Of a stretch of 36,844 nt of DNA, positions 34,808 to 36,844 are shown in pieces. The stretch covers positions 18,260-55,103 of the forward strand of contig DEKQ01000038.1 in the NCBI GenBank assembly GCA_002353975.1, read 5' to 3'. The notes under the pieces were generated by a model that saw nothing but the letters and a program-made list of their open reading frames with translations, was not told the DNA's origin and did not search any database. Position 1 is the stretch's first letter. Each line of letters opens with the position of its first letter. The position numbers were made by a program, and so were the translations under genes. Origin of the DNA: Prevotellaceae bacterium UBA2718. Its GTDB lineage: Bacteria > Bacteroidota > Bacteroidia > Bacteroidales > Bacteroidaceae.

Positions 34808-35926
34808 ATGTACGACCAGATCAAGGAAGATGTGCTCTATATAATGCTTTATGCCGTGGTAATGGCTATGGCCATCACAGCAAGCTGTTACCTGCTGTTT
34901 CGCCGCGGCAATGCCTTTGCCACTGATGTCACCACGCCGCTACGCCTGCGCAGGTGGACTGCTGCCTTCTTTGCCGCCATTGCTTTGAACCACTTATGGT
35001 ATCTGCCGATACTGTTTGATGACTCAAGCGAGGATATCATTATCATCGACCTCACAGGAGGGTTGTTCGACAGCATAACGCTCTTCCCACTGGCTCTCAT
35101 CGTGTTTCTCACCATGCTGCAGGACCGTCGGCGACCGCTTTGGCCTGCCTTTGTGATGATGCTGCCGATTTTTGCAATGGGGATATGGAGCGTAGCCACC
35201 AACAGTTATGCCCTTCTGCCGGCGGCGTATGCCTATTGCCTGCTGATGGGCATAGGCCTAATCACATATATGATACGCGCGTTGAGACAGTATGGAAAAT
35301 GGCTGTGCGACAACTATGCCGACCTGGAGAACAAGGAGGTATGGCAGAGCTTCCTCGTGTTGGCCGTCATACTGCTGGTGTTCAGTGTCTATATGTTTAC
35401 CGACAAGGGCCCGGTTTACCAGTATTCCATGCAGGTAATCTGCTTCATAATCATCTTCCATCTCCTCTGGAGGGTAGAGACGCTGAGCGACCTCAGCATT
35501 AACAATACCCAGTCCCTTTCCGCCGAAGAAGAAAGTACCGCGCTGGAGAACATCGAAAACCATGCACTCTCGCCAGCTGTCCACAACAAGATAGGAGAAC
35601 TGCTGCAACTTCACTGCATAGACACGCATCTATACCTGCAGCACGACCTCACCATTCACCAGCTGGCCAAGGCCGTTGGCACCAACCGTCTTTATCTCAG
35701 CCAGTATTTCTCACAACAGGGCATCACCTACAATGCCTATATCAACAACCTCCGCATCAGCCATTTCATAAATCTCTATAGTGAGGCCAAAGCTGCCTTG
35801 CAGCCCTTTACGGCCCAGCAACTGGCTCATCAAAGCGGCTACCGCAGTTACAGCACCTTCGGCATAGCCTTCAAACAGCGCATGGGGCAGACCGTGACAT
35901 CATGGATGCGGACAAACAGCGAGTAG
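34808..35926 (+). CDS. Membrane-anchored AraC-family transcriptional regulator
   Basis: About 7 hydrophobic N-terminal segments. C-terminal helix-turn-helix region LYLQHDLTIHQLAKAVGTNRLYLS..YINNLRI..SGYRSYSTF..AFKQRMGQT. Confidence 0.9.
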   Translation: MYDQIKEDVLYIMLYAVVMAMAITASCYLLFRRGNAFATDVTTPLRLRRWTAAFFAAIALNHLWYLPILFDDSSEDIIIIDLTGGLFDSITLFPLALIVFLTMLQDRRRPLWPAFVMMLPIFAMGIWSVATNSYALLPAAYAYCLLMGIGLITYMIRALRQYGKWLCDNYADLENKEVWQSFLVLAVILLVFSVYMFTDKGPVYQYSMQVICFIIIFHLLWRVETLSDLSINNTQSLSAEEESTALENIENHALSPAVHNKIGELLQLHCIDTHLYLQHDLTIHQLAKAVGTNRLYLSQYFSQQGITYNAYINNLRISHFINLYSEAKAALQPFTAQQLAHQSGYRSYSTFGIAFKQRMGQTVTSWMRTNSE

Positions 35927-35952
35927 GCGGCAGAGCGCTGTTTGTTTTTGAA

Positions 35953-35984
35953 AATCAGCAAAAATCTTTTTAGAATCAGCAAAA
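35953..35984 (+). promoter_or_regulatory. Direct repeat AATCAGCAAAA x2 (21-bp spacing), candidate AraC-type operator
   Basis: Copies at 35953-35963 and 35974-35984, about 50 nt upstream of a -7 element. Confidence 0.55.
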
Positions 35985-36032
35985 CCTGATGCAACAGGCA
36001 TTTAGGGTAAGGCATATCTCGGGTGAAATTCA

Positions 36033-36040
36033 TACCTTTG
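36033..36040 (+). promoter_or_regulatory. -7 promoter element (TACCTTTG)
   Basis: TAnnTTTGCA 58 nt upstream of ATG 36099. Confidence 0.7.
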
Positions 36041-36098
36041 CACGACCAAAGCGAAACGACCCTACGGATATGTTTTACCCTAAATTTATATTACATTA

Positions 36099-36844
36099 AT
36101 GAGAAAAATGAAAAACTGGATGCTTGCCTCCATCCTGATTTGCGGCGCTGCGGCGGCGCTCACTTCGTGCAAAGACGAAGACCCGGCTTCTGTAACCCCG
36201 GTAGAAACCAAGGCTACCGACTATTCACAGAAGAGCAGCTGGCATCAGATTCCCGAGATTACGAAAGAGTTTGACACGTTCTACATCCCCGCGACTAACT
36301 ATGACGGCTACGAGAATGGGGATCCTACCTTCGTGCCCATCGACAACAAAGAGTTTGTGGCCGGTGTGACCGACGAAAACGAGGCCCATGCCTCGGTGTA
36401 TGCAGCCTCCACCAATGTGTTCGTCCCCTACTACCGCCAGAGCAGCCTGAAGAACGAGGAGGAGTGCTGGAAGAAGAGCGGAAACATGCTGACGGCGCTT
36501 ACCGGCACGCCCTACACTGACATCACCGCAGCGCTCGACTACTATTTTGCCAACTACAACCAGGGCCGCCCGTTCATCATTGCAGGTCACAGTCAGGGCT
36601 CAGCCATGACGAAACTGGTGCTGATGAACTACTTCAAGGAGCATCCTGACTACTACGAGCGCATGGTGGCCGCCTACGTCATAGGCTACGCCGTCACCAG
36701 GGAGGACCTTCAGGCTAATCCGCATCTGAAGTTTGCCACCAGTGAGAGCGATGCAGGCGTCGTCGTCAGCTGGAACACCGAGGGTCCCGCCAACGCCAAT
36801 GCGCAGAACATGGTGTGGATGCCTGGCGCCATCAGCATCAATCC
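36099..36844 (+). CDS. DUF3089-like alpha/beta-hydrolase lipoprotein; 3'-partial
   Basis: Hand translation MRKMKNWMLASILICGAAAALTS-C..., VFVPYYRQ, DITAALDYYF..YNQGRPFIIAGHSQGS (GxSxG nucleophile elbow), MVAAYVIGY. It runs off the window end, so the ORF track omits it. Confidence 0.85.
   Translation, partial: MRKMKNWMLASILICGAAAALTSCKDEDPASVTPVETKATDYSQKSSWHQIPEITKEFDTFYIPATNYDGYENGDPTFVPIDNKEFVAGVTDENEAHASVYAASTNVFVPYYRQSSLKNEEECWKKSGNMLTALTGTPYTDITAALDYYFANYNQGRPFIIAGHSQGSAMTKLVLMNYFKEHPDYYERMVAAYVIGYAVTREDLQANPHLKFATSESDAGVVVSWNTEGPANANAQNMVWMPGAISIN

Overview
This looks like a Bacteroidales (Prevotella-like) chromosomal segment, inferred from TAnnTTTG -7 promoters, a SusC/SusD pair and Prevotella-type C-terminal secretion tails. 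Left part: a 5'-truncated modular glycoside hydrolase, a 57-aa peptide, and a minus-strand polysaccharide utilisation locus (susC, susD, Fn3/beta-helix lipoprotein, secreted protein). Middle: AT-rich module 1 (DUF4160/DUF2442-like toxin-antitoxin (TA) pair, long structured leader, Cys-rich/BACON lipoprotein), a GH3-family/Ig-like/DUF3108-like operon and feoAB with its small Cys-rich partner. Right part: AT-rich module 2 (GNAT TA pair, long structured leader, BspA-like LRR lipoprotein, gene remnant, DUF6575-like gene), an RND efflux operon with an RND-TolC fusion, a membrane AraC regulator and a 3'-truncated DUF3089-like hydrolase. The most notable signal is two sequence-divergent leader elements (about 175 and 255 nt) with the same apparent fold and a switchable CGUGGG/CCACG pairing. 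Each lies between a TA pair and a surface lipoprotein gene encoding Cys23-GGDDN. Also seen: a dispersed 22-bp-period repeat element in three copies and a GTAG-type REP family, one copy of which is translated inside feoAB. All family names come from motif recognition by eye; no searches or folding programs were run.
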